From an uncultured Methylomirabilota bacterium (lineage in GTDB: Bacteria > Methylomirabilota > Methylomirabilia > Methylomirabilales > 2-02-FULL-66-22), in contig OY970067.1 of the NCBI GenBank assembly GCA_963705305.1, forward strand, positions 4,224,001 through 4,288,000: a stretch of DNA of 64,000 nucleotides, in the 5' to 3' direction. Both the position numbers and the translations under genes were made by a program. The notes under the pieces are model-generated. The model did not search any database and was not told the origin of the DNA. It saw only the letters and a program-made list of their open reading frames with translations. This document shows positions 63,087 through 64,000 of the stretch, piece by piece; position 1 is the stretch's first letter, and every line of letters starts with the position of its first letter.

Positions 63087-64000
63087 CCCTAATCTCCGGC
63101 TAAGAAGTTGAGGGGGATCGCGAATCACGCAGCGGCCCGCAGTGCGCGCGGCCCGCGGGGTTGGCATCGGCCTTGCTTGGTTTCACCCAGTGGGTGCAAA
63201 CACCACAAGGAGGAGAGCGATGCCCGACACCTCGCCCCGGTTGCCGTTCGAGATCGATGACGCGATCGACCCCACGCTGGTCACGGGCCGGGCCGGGGTC
63301 CCGCTCGTGATCGAGCTGTTCCGCCAGCTCGGGGTGGCCCAGGCCGTCGACACCCACGTTGCGGTCAAGCAGCGGCAGCGCGGATTACCCCCCTCGCAGC
63401 TCGTGGAGAGTCTCGTCGCGTTGTGGACGAGCGGCGGGGACCGCTGCCAGGACCTCACGACGCTCCGGGAGGATCAGGCCCTGGCCACGCTGCTCGGCTA
63501 CCCCCTGCCGGCCGCGACCACGGTCCGGGACTTCCTCGAGGCCTTCCACGTGGAGGACGGGCCGCTCTGGGTGGCCGGGCCCGCGGCCACGGTCCCCCTG
63601 GAGTCCGCCCCCTTGGCGGGCCTCGGACAGGCGAACCGGACGCTGGTCGCGGGCGTCCAGCGCGGGGCCCGGGCGGCGACGGCCACCCTGGATGTGGACG
63701 CGACGCTCGTCGAGAGCCACAAGGACGCGGCGACCGTGGCCTACGACGGGACCCGGGGCTACCAGCCCGTCGTGGTCCTCTGGGCCGAGCACGATGTCAT
63801 CGTGCACGACCAGTTCCGCGATGGCCAGGTGCCCGCCGGGTGCGGCAACGTGCGCGTCCTCGAACAGGCGGTGGCCAACTTGCCCCAGGGCGTGGACCGC
63901 ATCTCCCTGCGGGCCGACAGCGCCCTCTACGAGACGGAGGTCCTCCGCTGGTGCGAGGAGAAGAAAATCGCCTACGCGATTAGCGCCGATATGTCCGCGC
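63087..64000 (+). mobile_element. IS1380-family insertion sequence (left part; left end approximate)
   Basis: Transposase ORF plus about 130 bp leader; right end lies outside the window. Confidence 0.75.
63220..64000 (+). CDS. IS1380-family DDE transposase (truncated by window end)
   Basis: Manual translation MPDTSPRLPF...VTGRAG...GGDRCQD...TLDVDATLVESHK...GYQP...FRDG.VPA...LRADSALY; RBS AAGGAGG. Confidence 0.88.
   Translation, partial: MPDTSPRLPFEIDDAIDPTLVTGRAGVPLVIELFRQLGVAQAVDTHVAVKQRQRGLPPSQLVESLVALWTSGGDRCQDLTTLREDQALATLLGYPLPAATTVRDFLEAFHVEDGPLWVAGPAATVPLESAPLAGLGQANRTLVAGVQRGARAATATLDVDATLVESHKDAATVAYDGTRGYQPVVVLWAEHDVIVHDQFRDGQVPAGCGNVRVLEQAVANLPQGVDRISLRADSALYETEVLRWCEEKKIAYAISADMSA

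Overview
A high-GC bacterial chromosome segment. Gene content resembles Methylomirabilota (NC10/Rokubacteria)-type genomes, but that is an impression, not a search result. Housekeeping blocks (dppAB-aminotransferase-coaD-rsmD-recG, rpmB, relA/spoT; lhr; tsaC-livJ-thiE-accC-accB-efp-roadblock-aroB) alternate with four accessory blocks. (1) About 9.7-26.1 kb: a sigma54-controlled redox island. A XylR/DmpR-type activator faces an operon for a P-loop ATPase, a Vor-type 2-oxoacid:ferredoxin oxidoreductase, a HydCBA/NuoEFG-like module, a ferredoxin and a two-component pair. Behind a second sigma54 promoter lies a second HydCBA-like module whose NuoE/HydC subunit is fused to an intact response-regulator receiver domain. 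Neither module has a hydrogenase or FDH catalytic subunit. This is the best candidate for an undescribed system. (2) A DedA + sphingomyelin-synthase-like + GT4 + GT2 lipid cassette. (3) A Liv-type ABC transporter with an amidase, and a RAYT HUH transposase bounded by perfect 23-bp inverted repeats. (4) A Cys-rich MerR-led operon: iscA, orphan nuoB, korAB, glcDEF, peroxiredoxin, orphan nuoI and SOD. The window ends inside an IS1380-family transposase. Four otherwise intact genes carry single-base indels, probably assembly errors. No tRNA, rRNA or CRISPR array was seen. All product calls come from motif recognition by eye.
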